64,000 nt of DNA from a bacterium (GTDB lineage: Bacteria; Bacillota_I; Bacilli_A; Erysipelotrichales; Erysipelotrichaceae): positions 557-64,556 of the forward strand of contig CAVIQY010000002.1 in the NCBI GenBank assembly GCA_963645035.1. The letters are read 5' to 3'. The position numbers and the translations under genes are program-made. Of the stretch, positions 20,245 to 29,646 are shown in pieces (the first letter of the stretch is position 1; the number at the start of each line of letters is the position of its first letter). Under the pieces are notes generated by a model. It made no database searches, was not told the DNA's origin, and was given only the letters and a program-made list of their open reading frames with translations.

Positions 20245-22425
20245 TTATTGAATCTTCTTTTTCTTGTAGTAAGTTGTACCACCGATAGCGGCTAATAGGA
20301 TAACTACAATTAATGCAACAGTAGTATTTCCATTTCCAAAGATACTACCTGTTTCGCTTGACTCTTCTACTTGTGCTTCACTATATACAGCAATAAGTTC
20401 TAGATCTTCTGTTAAAGAATCAGCTTTCAATGTTTCACCATCAACGTTGATATTTTCAGGAACGTTTTGCCATTCTACAAATGCTTTACCTTCGACACTA
20501 GGAGCTTGTAATTCAAATACATCTATTGAATAAAATTCCATTTGTTGTGTGTCTAATACATTACCTTCTTCATCAACTAGATTTATCGTAACTATATGGA
20601 TTTCTTCAGCTAAAGGCATGTCGTTATCACTATCTGTATAAACAACAGTTAATTCAATATCTTCTGTTAAGTTATTTGATGTAATTACATCGTTATCTAC
20701 TGTTAATCCTTCAGGAACATAACGCCATTCTACAAATGTTCTATTATCAATAGCTGGTGCTAGTAATGAGAATGTTTCGTTAGCATTAAATGATAGTGTT
20801 TCTGTTTCAGTCCATGTACCAGATTCGTTTGTTTTATTTAATGTAACAGTACGCGTTTCTATTTCAGGATCTTCTGTAGTTTCTGCTGTTTCTGTAGCTT
20901 CAACTAGAGCACCTTCAGTAGGGGTAGTTTCATTAAGCAAGTTATCTTGATTACTAGCTTCAGCAACAATTACACCACTTGTTCCTTCTTTAATGGATAT
21001 TGTTTTAGCACTATCATCATAAACAATTTCGTTCTTTCCAAATGGATTGCCATTTAAGAAATAAACATTTTGCATATCACTATTTTGATTTTTAGCCATT
21101 ACACGATTACCAGTAATAACTAGTCCAACACGACTAGACGCATCAGGGGCACTAAGAATATATGCATCTGAAGCAATACCAGTCTGTAAGCATAAATCAG
21201 TATCTGTATTTGATTCTAAGTTATGATTGTTTTGAATAATGACTTTACCTTTTAGGTTAATATCATCTAAAGAATCAATATAAACTGCACCATAATCTTC
21301 ATCTTCAATTGTGTTATTTTCAATAGTTGAGTTTTCAAGAGTGAAGTTATCATTATCTACATTAATTACACCTGATTCACAAGTGTTATTTGTGAAAGTA
21401 CAATTAGATATAACGATATTTTCTTGTGCTATTTTGATGATTTGTCCTTCAGTAGCGACATTATCATTGAATGTAAGACCACTGATTTTTCCTTTGTTTG
21501 TAGTAAATACAACAGAATTACATCTAATTGCTGCAGCGTTAGAAATATATTTATTTTTATTACCAGTGATATAGCTGTTGCATTTATCGGAAACTACTTC
21601 AAAATCTGTATGGAAGAAGTACATTGCACCACCACTACTTTTAGAAACGTTATAGGCAAAAGAACTGTTATCCATAGTTACTTTTGTATGTAAATCATCA
21701 GAATAAAGACCACCACCATAGTAAGCATAATTGTTAGAAATAGTAGAATCACACATTTTAATCGTAGCGTATTCATCATCAGCGTAGATACCACCACCAT
21801 TGACTTCTGCTATGTTATAGCAAATTTTTGTGGCAGTCATATCAACGGTGTCATTATCACCATCCATATAAATCGCACCACCATAACCATCAGATCCTAA
21901 TGATTTTACAGAGTTATTACCAGCAATTGATACAAAGTATAAATTAAGAGTAGAACCTGCTTTCATGTGGATACCACCAGCACCGTTAGAGCTATAACCA
22001 CCAGTAATTAAACCACCTGATTGAATTGTTACATCTTTATAATCTTCAGAATCGAAGCCATCATAACCTTTAAATGTAAAATTTGTATAAGAGGCTAGGG
22101 CACCATTTAAATTTAGCTTTGAATTTTCTTTAAGTATAATTACTTCACCATTTGTTTTTGAACTAGTTAAATTTCTTGAAATCTTATGACCATTCATTTC
22201 AACTGTAGCTTTTTTGCCTTCGTCTAAAACTAAACGACTTGAAATGTTCCAATCACATTGCATTACAATAGGTTCGCCATTTTGTGCAGCATTCCATGCT
22301 GCATCAATGGATGTGTAAGACATTTTTCCATCACTACTTGTAGCATAAACTGTTTCTGCTTTAGCAATGATAGGTGAAAAGAATAAGCCTAAGGCAATTA
22401 AAATCGTATTTATCTTCTTAATCAT
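20245..22425 (-). CDS. Secreted, C-terminally anchored beta-helix surface protein (paralog 2)
   Basis: Colinear with 18210-20216 (IVMQCDWNISSRL, LQTG.ASDAYILSAPD); carries two copies of the small C-terminal module; ETGSIFGNG followed by TM and YYKKKK. Confidence 0.75.
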   Translation of the reverse strand: MIKKINTILIALGLFFSPIIAKAETVYATSSDGKMSYTSIDAAWNAAQNGEPIVMQCDWNISSRLVLDEGKKATVEMNGHKISRNLTSSKTNGEVIILKENSKLNLNGALASYTNFTFKGYDGFDSEDYKDVTIQSGGLITGGYSSNGAGGIHMKAGSTLNLYFVSIAGNNSVKSLGSDGYGGAIYMDGDNDTVDMTATKICYNIAEVNGGGIYADDEYATIKMCDSTISNNYAYYGGGLYSDDLHTKVTMDNSSFAYNVSKSSGGAMYFFHTDFEVVSDKCNSYITGNKNKYISNAAAIRCNSVVFTTNKGKISGLTFNDNVATEGQIIKIAQENIVISNCTFTNNTCESGVINVDNDNFTLENSTIENNTIEDEDYGAVYIDSLDDINLKGKVIIQNNHNLESNTDTDLCLQTGIASDAYILSAPDASSRVGLVITGNRVMAKNQNSDMQNVYFLNGNPFGKNEIVYDDSAKTISIKEGTSGVIVAEASNQDNLLNETTPTEGALVEATETAETTEDPEIETRTVTLNKTNESGTWTETETLSFNANETFSLLAPAIDNRTFVEWRYVPEGLTVDNDVITSNNLTEDIELTVVYTDSDNDMPLAEEIHIVTINLVDEEGNVLDTQQMEFYSIDVFELQAPSVEGKAFVEWQNVPENINVDGETLKADSLTEDLELIAVYSEAQVEESSETGSIFGNGNTTVALIVVILLAAIGGTTYYKKKKIQ

Positions 22426-22447
22426 TTGAATACCTCTTTCTTTTTGA

Positions 22448-22856
22448 TTATTGAATTTTTTCTTGTAATAAGTTAGTCAGCCAAACGTAATGAATAGACT
22501 AATTATGATTAGTGTAACAGTAGTATTTTCTTTGCCAAAAATACTTCCTGCTATACTTGATTCTTCATTTTATACAGCTGTGAGTTATAAATCTTCAGCT
22601 AAATTTCTTGAAATTTTATTATCATTCGTTTCAATCGAGATAATTTACCTTCGCCTAATATTAAACGACTTGAAAGGTTCCAATCGGCTTGCATAATGTT
22701 ACGTTTACTATTTTTAGTAGCGTACCATGCGTCATCGATTGAAGTGTAAGACTTTTTCCCATCATTACTATTTGCATAAATAATTTCTGCTTTTACGCAA
22801 AATGATGATAGAAATATACCGATTATCATTAGGATATTAGAGACTATTCTATTCAT
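22448..22856 (-). pseudogene. Internally deleted third paralog of the beta-helix surface protein
   Basis: The N-terminus (VKAEIIYA...IMQADWNLSSRL) is joined directly to a C-terminal remnant (AEDL*LTAV...AGSIFGKENTTV...LTYYKKK), with frameshifts and stops. Confidence 0.85.
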
Positions 22857-22950
22857 ATATTTATCCCTCTTTAATTATACTCTATATAATAAGGATAGAC
22901 TATAACTTTTTAGGACATGTTCTGTTGTGAATTTCTGCGATTTTATGCAT

Positions 22951-23038
22951 AAAAAAATCTCAGTAGTGGGGATTACTGAGATTTCATCTTTCTATGATAA
23001 GAAAGGGAGGGAGTCAGGTGTGTTAGTTCATCTGACAG
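22951..23038 (-). ncRNA. Candidate C-rich small RNA ending in an intrinsic terminator
   Basis: Order on the minus strand: hairpin, UCCCUCC linker, hairpin, 11-bp terminator stem with AUCCCCAC loop, U tract. No ORF. Confidence 0.5.
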
Positions 23039-23128
23039 TTATTAGGATACAGCAAATGAATGAAAGAAAAGTGCATTCTATGTGAACGATTTGTGAAGAA
23101 TTTTGTGAATTTATGTTACATTAGTGTT

Positions 23129-23845
23129 ATGAATAAATTTAGTGAACGTATATATTACATGATGCATGATGATACAAATGATGAGCCTTATCTTTTCTAT
23201 ATCAAAGGAGACCGTTTTAGTATTCAAATTGATGCTGGTAATTCTCCAAAAAGTTTTAGAAAATTTGAAGAAATCCAAGAAACAGAACATCTAGATCAAC
23301 CTAGTTTACTTGTATTAACACATTGGCATTGGGATCATACATTTGGTTTAGTAAGTGCTAAATGTCCTGTTTTAGCGACGAAGAAAACGCAAGAATATTT
23401 AAATGAAGTCCATAATTGGAAATGGACAGAAGAAGAGATGCAAGAAAGAATTAAACAAAAAAAGGATATTCCTTTCTGCTATGAAAAAATGCATGTAGAA
23501 TATCCAGATATTTCTAAAATTCAGACAAGAAGTGCTGATATTGTGATTGATTCAACTGTATCAATAGATTTAGGTGGTATCACTTGTAAGCTTATTCCAC
23601 ACGATTCGCCACATACTAGAGATGCGCTATTCATCTATATTCCTAGTGAGAAAGTACTTATTGGTGGCGATGCTGAGTATGAAGACTATTACGATAATGA
23701 TTCAAAATATGATTTGAGTCGTTTAAGAGATTTTATTTCTTTTGTTTCATCAATTGATTTTGAATACTATCTTCATGGCCATGATGATCTCTATCTAACA
23801 AAACAACAATTGCTAGATAAGCTTAATGCTCATCTAGTGTTCTAG
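23129..23845 (+). CDS. MBL-fold metallo-hydrolase
   Basis: IDAG, THWHWDH, PHT.D, GD and HGH motifs; start moved to the ATG at 23129. Confidence 0.85.
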   Translation: MNKFSERIYYMMHDDTNDEPYLFYIKGDRFSIQIDAGNSPKSFRKFEEIQETEHLDQPSLLVLTHWHWDHTFGLVSAKCPVLATKKTQEYLNEVHNWKWTEEEMQERIKQKKDIPFCYEKMHVEYPDISKIQTRSADIVIDSTVSIDLGGITCKLIPHDSPHTRDALFIYIPSEKVLIGGDAEYEDYYDNDSKYDLSRLRDFISFVSSIDFEYYLHGHDDLYLTKQQLLDKLNAHLVF

Positions 23846-24481
23846 GTTATCTTTTTTAAGATAACCATCTTTTTTTAAGAAGAAAAGAATTGGGATATAC
23901 GTTAGTATTGGTAGAACAATGCCAGTATAAGGATTAGCTGATTGTACTAAGCTATTATAAATAGCGTGATAAATGATAGAAATAGATAATACTGCAAATA
24001 ATCCTGTATAAAGTAATTTCTTTTGTGTTTTGATATAAATTAGTCCATTACCAATAATTAGACAACAAACTCCATGCATAAGTGCTGATCCAAAACCTCG
24101 AATAAATGCCCAAAGAATAGAAACACTATCTACATAGATGACTAGAGACCATACATTTTCTAATAAAGCAAAACCTATACCAATAGCCATAGATATCCCT
24201 AAGATATCTTGTTTATTATTAGAAATAAATAAGGCATAAAAGGCAATAGGAATCGCTTTTAATATTTCTTCAATAATTGGTGTAATTGTTGTTGTGGCAT
24301 AAATCCAATCTTCTGTAATGGAATAGGCAATAATCGGATTAATTTCTGATGCTAAAAGACAAACGGTCATTCCTAATATTAAGAAAAGAACTAATCTTTT
24401 TGACTTTTTTTCTAATAGCCAAGTCATCATAAATAAAGGAATCGTCATGGAGATAAATAAGATATAAACTAAATTTTCCAT
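23834..24481 (-). CDS. PrsW-family glutamic intramembrane protease
   Basis: PIIEEILK, GIGFALLEN, MHG and YHAIYN motifs; start moved to the ATG after AGGAG. Confidence 0.87.
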   Translation of the reverse strand: MENLVYILFISMTIPLFMMTWLLEKKSKRLVLFLILGMTVCLLASEINPIIAYSITEDWIYATTTITPIIEEILKAIPIAFYALFISNNKQDILGISMAIGIGFALLENVWSLVIYVDSVSILWAFIRGFGSALMHGVCCLIIGNGLIYIKTQKKLLYTGLFAVLSISIIYHAIYNSLVQSANPYTGIVLPILTYIPILFFLKKDGYLKKDNLEH

Positions 24482-25113
24482 TGTTTTAAACTCCTTGCGA
24501 TAAAGTGAGTAAGCAAAAGACAAAATAATATTGTTAAAATACAAGATAGCGTTGGTTTATTTTCTAATATTTGTGTGTTCATACCAAAACAGGCTAGTAT
24601 CGATATGATAGATATTAGGATATTACATGGCTTAACTAATTTTAAAAATAAGAAATTCATATCTGGTAATAAGACTTGCTTAAAACTGTAATAAGAAGAA
24701 AATGCAATGGGAACAGTTAAAATTGCGTAAACAATTTTTAATGTGTCATTTGTCGCAAGATGAATATTTCTTAACATTAGTCCTACAACACAAATCGGTC
24801 CTAATAATGCCAAAAGGCGATACTTTCTTAAATCTTTTGATTCATCATCCATGATATGATTCATTACCCCGTAATTTGCAGAAGCTAAAAAGAGGAATGA
24901 TCCAAATGTACATACATATTTCAAATTAAATCCTTCAGGTAATGATCCAAAAGAATAGATTGTAACGATAGAGTAGAGCTTGCCTAATGCGTAACAACCT
25001 ATAGCCGCAATAAATATTTTTAAATATAGAGCAACTCTTTTTTTGTAAATTTTAAATAATAAATATAAAAAACAAGAACTAATTCCAAAAAATGTTATCC
25101 AATCTTCTGTCAT
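24469..25113 (-). CDS. Hypothetical multi-pass membrane protein
   Basis: About 7 hydrophobic segments, SD AAGGA, overlaps the start of the PrsW-family gene. Confidence 0.7.
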   Translation of the reverse strand: MTEDWITFFGISSCFLYLLFKIYKKRVALYLKIFIAAIGCYALGKLYSIVTIYSFGSLPEGFNLKYVCTFGSFLFLASANYGVMNHIMDDESKDLRKYRLLALLGPICVVGLMLRNIHLATNDTLKIVYAILTVPIAFSSYYSFKQVLLPDMNFLFLKLVKPCNILISIISILACFGMNTQILENKPTLSCILTILFCLLLTHFIARSLKQWKI

Positions 25114-25242
25114 ATGAATTCCTTTCACTCTTATCATTTTAACGAAATATAGGAAAAAACATATATTGTGAAATTATGTGAATACTTCACTTTTTGAAAA
25201 ATCATGTTATACTATAGTCACTGGTAACACAGAAAGGACATG

Positions 25243-25422
25243 ATGATATATATGAGAAACATCAATGATTTAACCATGTGTATGGTTGATTATGAGACCG
25301 ATGTTTCTGTAGTTCGTGAATTTATGACGAACATTGAGTTTCAAAAACTTTTAGATGAAGAACGAAACGGAAATATCCGTATCGTCAATCATACAGAACT
25401 AGGTTTCACAGAGAAGGTGTAA
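25243..25422 (+). CDS. Small hypothetical protein (about 59 aa)
   Basis: Has its own extended -10 (TGtTATACT), SD GAAAGGA and terminator GAAGG..CCTTC-T7; start codon uncertain (25240, 25243 or 25252). Confidence 0.65.
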   Translation: MIYMRNINDLTMCMVDYETDVSVVREFMTNIEFQKLLDEERNGNIRIVNHTELGFTEKV

Positions 25423-25493
25423 AAGCCTTCTTTTTTTAATTTTCTTTAGAAAAAGTGGGGAGAATGCATAAAAATTACGAATTATATATATGT

Positions 25494-26642
25494 ATGAGAT
25501 GTCCAAGATGTTTAAATGAAGATCCTGCATATTTTTATAAAGGAATAAAAGGATATTATTGTCGTAAATGTATTTCTTTTTCCCGTATTTGTATTGAAGA
25601 TACGATGGAGGAAGTATCTTTAGAATCACCACAAAGTCATAGTGAAGAATATACATTAGAATATCCTCTTACTAATGAACAAAGAAGAATTAGTGCAATT
25701 TGCGCAAGTAAAATTGAAGAAACTGATATTTTAATTCATGCCGTAACGGGTGCTGGAAAGACAGAATTAGTCGTAGAAACAATTTCTAAAATGTTAAGAA
25801 TGAAGAAAAAAGTATGTTTTGCGATAGCGAGAAGACAAGTTGTATTAGAACTAGCAGAACGGTTTAGAACAATTTTTCCTTATGCAAATGTAGTAGAAGT
25901 ATGTGGTGGCCATACAAGTGTGTTAGATGGCGATTTAATTGTATGTACAACGCATCAACTTTATCGCTATTACAACGCTTTTGATTTGTTAATTCTAGAT
26001 GAACCAGATGCTTTTCCATTTTATGGTAATGATGTATTACATGGGATTGCGTCAACAGCGTGTACAAAACACCATATTTATTTAACTGCTACACCAGATG
26101 AAACATTATTAAAGAAAGTAAATGAAGGTAGTTTATATGTCTTAAATTTAGATGAAAGACCTCATAAACATCCACTACCTGTACCACGTATTTCTAATCA
26201 TTTCTTTATTGGAAGAATAGTTTCATTAATACGTTGGATTCATGAATTTAGCGGTACACCAAGAATGATCTTTATGCCAACAATAGCGATGGCGAAAAGG
26301 ATGTATCTATTTTTATCACGATTTATGAATGTGTATTTATGTACAAGTAAAACAAAAGATAGAGATCAAGTGATTGAAGATTTTAGAAATAATCCTGAAG
26401 GAATATGTATTTGTACAACTGTTTTAGAAAGAGGAGTAACAATAAAAAACGTCAATATATGCATATATTTAGCTGACCATCATGTATTTAACGAAGCTGC
26501 TTTAATCCAAATGGCTGGAAGAGCAGGAAGAAATTTTCATTATCCTAAAGGAGATGTCTTATTGATTACTTCTAAGAAAAGTGAAGTGGTAGATAAATGT
26601 ATACAAGAAATAGAAAGGGCAAATACAGCATGCAATGTTTAA
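25494..26642 (+). CDS. comFA: ComFA-like SF2 helicase
   Basis: CPRC...CRKC zinc site, AVTGAGKT, DEPDAFP, TATP, QMAGRAGR; precedes comFC and secA. Confidence 0.9.
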   Translation: MRCPRCLNEDPAYFYKGIKGYYCRKCISFSRICIEDTMEEVSLESPQSHSEEYTLEYPLTNEQRRISAICASKIEETDILIHAVTGAGKTELVVETISKMLRMKKKVCFAIARRQVVLELAERFRTIFPYANVVEVCGGHTSVLDGDLIVCTTHQLYRYYNAFDLLILDEPDAFPFYGNDVLHGIASTACTKHHIYLTATPDETLLKKVNEGSLYVLNLDERPHKHPLPVPRISNHFFIGRIVSLIRWIHEFSGTPRMIFMPTIAMAKRMYLFLSRFMNVYLCTSKTKDRDQVIEDFRNNPEGICICTTVLERGVTIKNVNICIYLADHHVFNEAALIQMAGRAGRNFHYPKGDVLLITSKKSEVVDKCIQEIERANTACNV

Positions 26643-27229
26643 TGTGTGGAAAAGATTTTTATGAAGAAGGTTCTTTACAAGAACTATTATTTCAAGAAGA
26701 TTTGTTGTGTGAAAAATGTCGTAGTGGTTGGCAAAGAAACAAAAAGAATGAACGTGTAGGAAAATATATGATGGAATCTTCTTGGGTATATAACGATGCG
26801 TTTAAAACGTGTTTAATTCAATATAAAGAAGCAGGTGATGAAGCTTTAAAAGATATATTTTTATATCCCGTAAAAAAAGAAGTAAGGAAATATCTAAAAG
26901 GTTATACATTACTACTTATGCCTAGTACAAAAGAAAAGCTTGAACAAAGGGGATTCTCACATTTGAAGTATATGTTTTCTTGTTTGAAATTACCAATGCT
27001 AGAACCTTTTATAACAGAACAAAATCAAAAAGGTAAATCATTAAAAGAACGTAAAGAAATAACGAAAAGTATAACATTAAAAGAAAATATTAAATTGCCA
27101 TATAAGATTGCATTAGTAGATGATGTATACACAACAGGTTCTACAATTAAGGGAGCTTTAAATTGTATTGATACAAAAAAGCATAAAATAAAAATATATA
27201 CGATTGCTAGAGTACCTATTGTTGCTTGA
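26630..27229 (+). CDS. comFC: ComFC-like phosphoribosyltransferase-domain protein
   Basis: CLMC...CEKC, RGF, LVDDVYTTGST. Confidence 0.88.
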   Translation: MQCLMCGKDFYEEGSLQELLFQEDLLCEKCRSGWQRNKKNERVGKYMMESSWVYNDAFKTCLIQYKEAGDEALKDIFLYPVKKEVRKYLKGYTLLLMPSTKEKLEQRGFSHLKYMFSCLKLPMLEPFITEQNQKGKSLKERKEITKSITLKENIKLPYKIALVDDVYTTGSTIKGALNCIDTKKHKIKIYTIARVPIVA

Positions 27230-27276
27230 TTTGGGCTTTACAATGTATAATATTATAGCTTTTTAGGAGGTTTTTT

Positions 27277-29637
27277 ATGGCAAACATTTTTGATCGTATT
27301 TTAAATACAGATGCGCATAAAATAAAAGAAATAGAAAAGAAGATTAAACCAGCTGAAGATATGGCTGAAAAATATAAAGCGATGAGTGATGATGAACTTA
27401 AAGCTGAGACACCAAGATTAAGAGCGTTACTTGCATCAGGAAAGACATTAGATGATATTTTACCTGAAGCTTTCGCTACAGCTCGTGAAGCTTGTAGAAG
27501 AGTAATTGGTGAATATCCATATCATGTGCAATTAATTGGTGCTTGCATTATGCAAGGTGGCGATATTGCAGAAATGAAAACAGGTGAAGGTAAAACTTTA
27601 ACATCTGTTATGGCAGTATATCTAAATGCCTTAGCTGGACAAGGTGTTCATGTTGTTACAGTTAACGAATACTTATCTAAGCGTGACTCAGAGTGGATGG
27701 GACAAATTCACCGTTTCTTAGGATTAACAGTAGGTTTAAACCTAAGAGAAATGACACCTGCTCAAAAACGTGCAGCTTATGCTTGCGATATCACTTATAC
27801 AACAAACTCAGAACTAGGTTTTGACTATTTAAGAGATAACATGGTCACAAATGCAAAAGATAGAGTACAACGTGGTTTAAATTTCGCCCTTGTCGATGAA
27901 GTAGACTCTATTTTAATTGATGAATCTAGAACGCCATTAATTATTTCTGGTGGAATGAAACAAACTGCTAACTTATATTTACAAGCAGATCGTTTTGTTA
28001 AACGCTTAAAAGCTGAACAAGACTATGAAATTGATGTTAAAGGACGTACTTGTCAATTAACTGAAGAAGGCGTAAGTAAGGCAGAAAAAGCTTTCCGTAT
28101 TGAAAATCTTTATAACCTAGAACATACACAATTACTACACCGTATTAATCAAGCATTAAAAGCAAACTACATTATGGCAAAAGATGTTGAATATGTTGTA
28201 GATAAAGAAAATGATCAAATTCATATCGTTGACCCTAATACAGGTAGATTGATGAAGGGCAGAGAATGGTCTGATGGTTTACATCAAGCAGTATGTGCAA
28301 AAGAAGGCATCTCTATTCGCCAAGAAACAACTGTTTTAGCTACAATTACATATCAGAACTTCTTCCGTTTATATAACAAACTAGCAGGTATGACAGGTAC
28401 TGCTAAGACTGAGGAAGAAGAATTCCATGAAATTTATAACATGCTTGTTTTAGAAGTGCCTACAAATAAACCAGTTGCTCGTATTGATCAACCAGATGCT
28501 GTATATGGTACAAAGAAAGCTAAATTCGAAGCACTTGTTGAAGAAGTAGAAAAGCGTCATGCGACAGGTCAACCAGTACTTGTTGGTACGATTGCGGTAG
28601 AAACTTCTGAATTAATTAGCCAAATGCTAAAGAAAAAGAAGATTCCACATGAAGTATTAAATGCAAAAAACAATGAGCGTGAAGCAGAAATTATTGCTAA
28701 AGCTGGTGAAAAAGGTGCAGTTACTATCGCTACAAACATGGCAGGACGTGGTACAGATATTAAGCTAGGAGAAGGCGTAAGAGAATTAGGTGGCTTATGT
28801 GTACTTGGTTCTGAACGTCATGAATCTAGACGTATTGATAACCAATTAAGAGGACGTTCTGGTAGACAAGGTGATCCAGGCGAATCAAGATTCTATGTAT
28901 CTGTACAAGATGATTTGATGGTTCGTTTTGGTAGTGAAAGAATGGAAGGCCTATTTGCTAAGTTAGGCGATGAAGCTATTGAAAGTAAGACAATCACAAA
29001 GTCTATTACTTCTGCACAAAAACGTGTTGAAGGAATTAACTTTGATGCTCGTAAGACTTTATTACAATATGATGATGTACTTCGTCAACAACGTGAAGTT
29101 ATGTATGATCAAAGAAACTTCATTCTAGATAATGAAGATGTTCATAGTGTAATTAAAGGAATGTTTAATAGAGTAATTTCTGATACAGTTAGCGCCCATG
29201 TTATTCCTGATTCTAGACATAATGAAGTAAATGTAGATGAACTAGTTGCTTCATTAAATAAGATGGGATTTACAGACTTAGTTACAGCTAATGAATTACA
29301 AAATAAATCTGTTGAAGATATGATTAGTTTAATCGATGAAAGAGCTTGGAATGCTTATGATACAAAGATTGAACCAGTTCGTGATAAGATTCGTCAATTT
29401 GAAAGAGAAATGTCTCTAAGAGTCATTGACCGTGCATGGGTAGATCATATCGATACAATGAGTAAATTACGTGATGGTATTGGATTAAGAAGCTATGCTC
29501 AAGATAATCCATTACAAGCATATGTAACAGAAGGATACCAATTATTTGAAAATATGATGCAATCTATTGCTCAAGGTATTGTTACATATTGTATGAACTT
29601 AAAAGTAGTTCAAGAAAACCATACAGATAAAGCATAA
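27277..29637 (+). CDS. secA: Preprotein translocase ATPase SecA
   Basis: MKTGEGKT, DEVDSILIDE, TNMAGRGTDI, QLRGRSGRQGD; no C-terminal zinc-binding tail. Confidence 0.98.
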   Translation: MANIFDRILNTDAHKIKEIEKKIKPAEDMAEKYKAMSDDELKAETPRLRALLASGKTLDDILPEAFATAREACRRVIGEYPYHVQLIGACIMQGGDIAEMKTGEGKTLTSVMAVYLNALAGQGVHVVTVNEYLSKRDSEWMGQIHRFLGLTVGLNLREMTPAQKRAAYACDITYTTNSELGFDYLRDNMVTNAKDRVQRGLNFALVDEVDSILIDESRTPLIISGGMKQTANLYLQADRFVKRLKAEQDYEIDVKGRTCQLTEEGVSKAEKAFRIENLYNLEHTQLLHRINQALKANYIMAKDVEYVVDKENDQIHIVDPNTGRLMKGREWSDGLHQAVCAKEGISIRQETTVLATITYQNFFRLYNKLAGMTGTAKTEEEEFHEIYNMLVLEVPTNKPVARIDQPDAVYGTKKAKFEALVEEVEKRHATGQPVLVGTIAVETSELISQMLKKKKIPHEVLNAKNNEREAEIIAKAGEKGAVTIATNMAGRGTDIKLGEGVRELGGLCVLGSERHESRRIDNQLRGRSGRQGDPGESRFYVSVQDDLMVRFGSERMEGLFAKLGDEAIESKTITKSITSAQKRVEGINFDARKTLLQYDDVLRQQREVMYDQRNFILDNEDVHSVIKGMFNRVISDTVSAHVIPDSRHNEVNVDELVASLNKMGFTDLVTANELQNKSVEDMISLIDERAWNAYDTKIEPVRDKIRQFEREMSLRVIDRAWVDHIDTMSKLRDGIGLRSYAQDNPLQAYVTEGYQLFENMMQSIAQGIVTYCMNLKVVQENHTDKA

Positions 29638-29646
29638 GAGGTAGTT

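Noticed and set aside
22857..23060. c-di-GMP riboswitch upstream of the surface-protein/diguanylate cyclase cluster
   Set aside because: I could not find the class I (GGCAAACC...GCAAAGC-type) or class II conserved elements on either strand.
25177..25191. Rex operator
   Set aside because: TGTGAA-N3-TTCAC has one base less spacing than the Rex consensus TTGTGAA-N4-TTCACAA; I kept it only as part of the direct-repeat finding.
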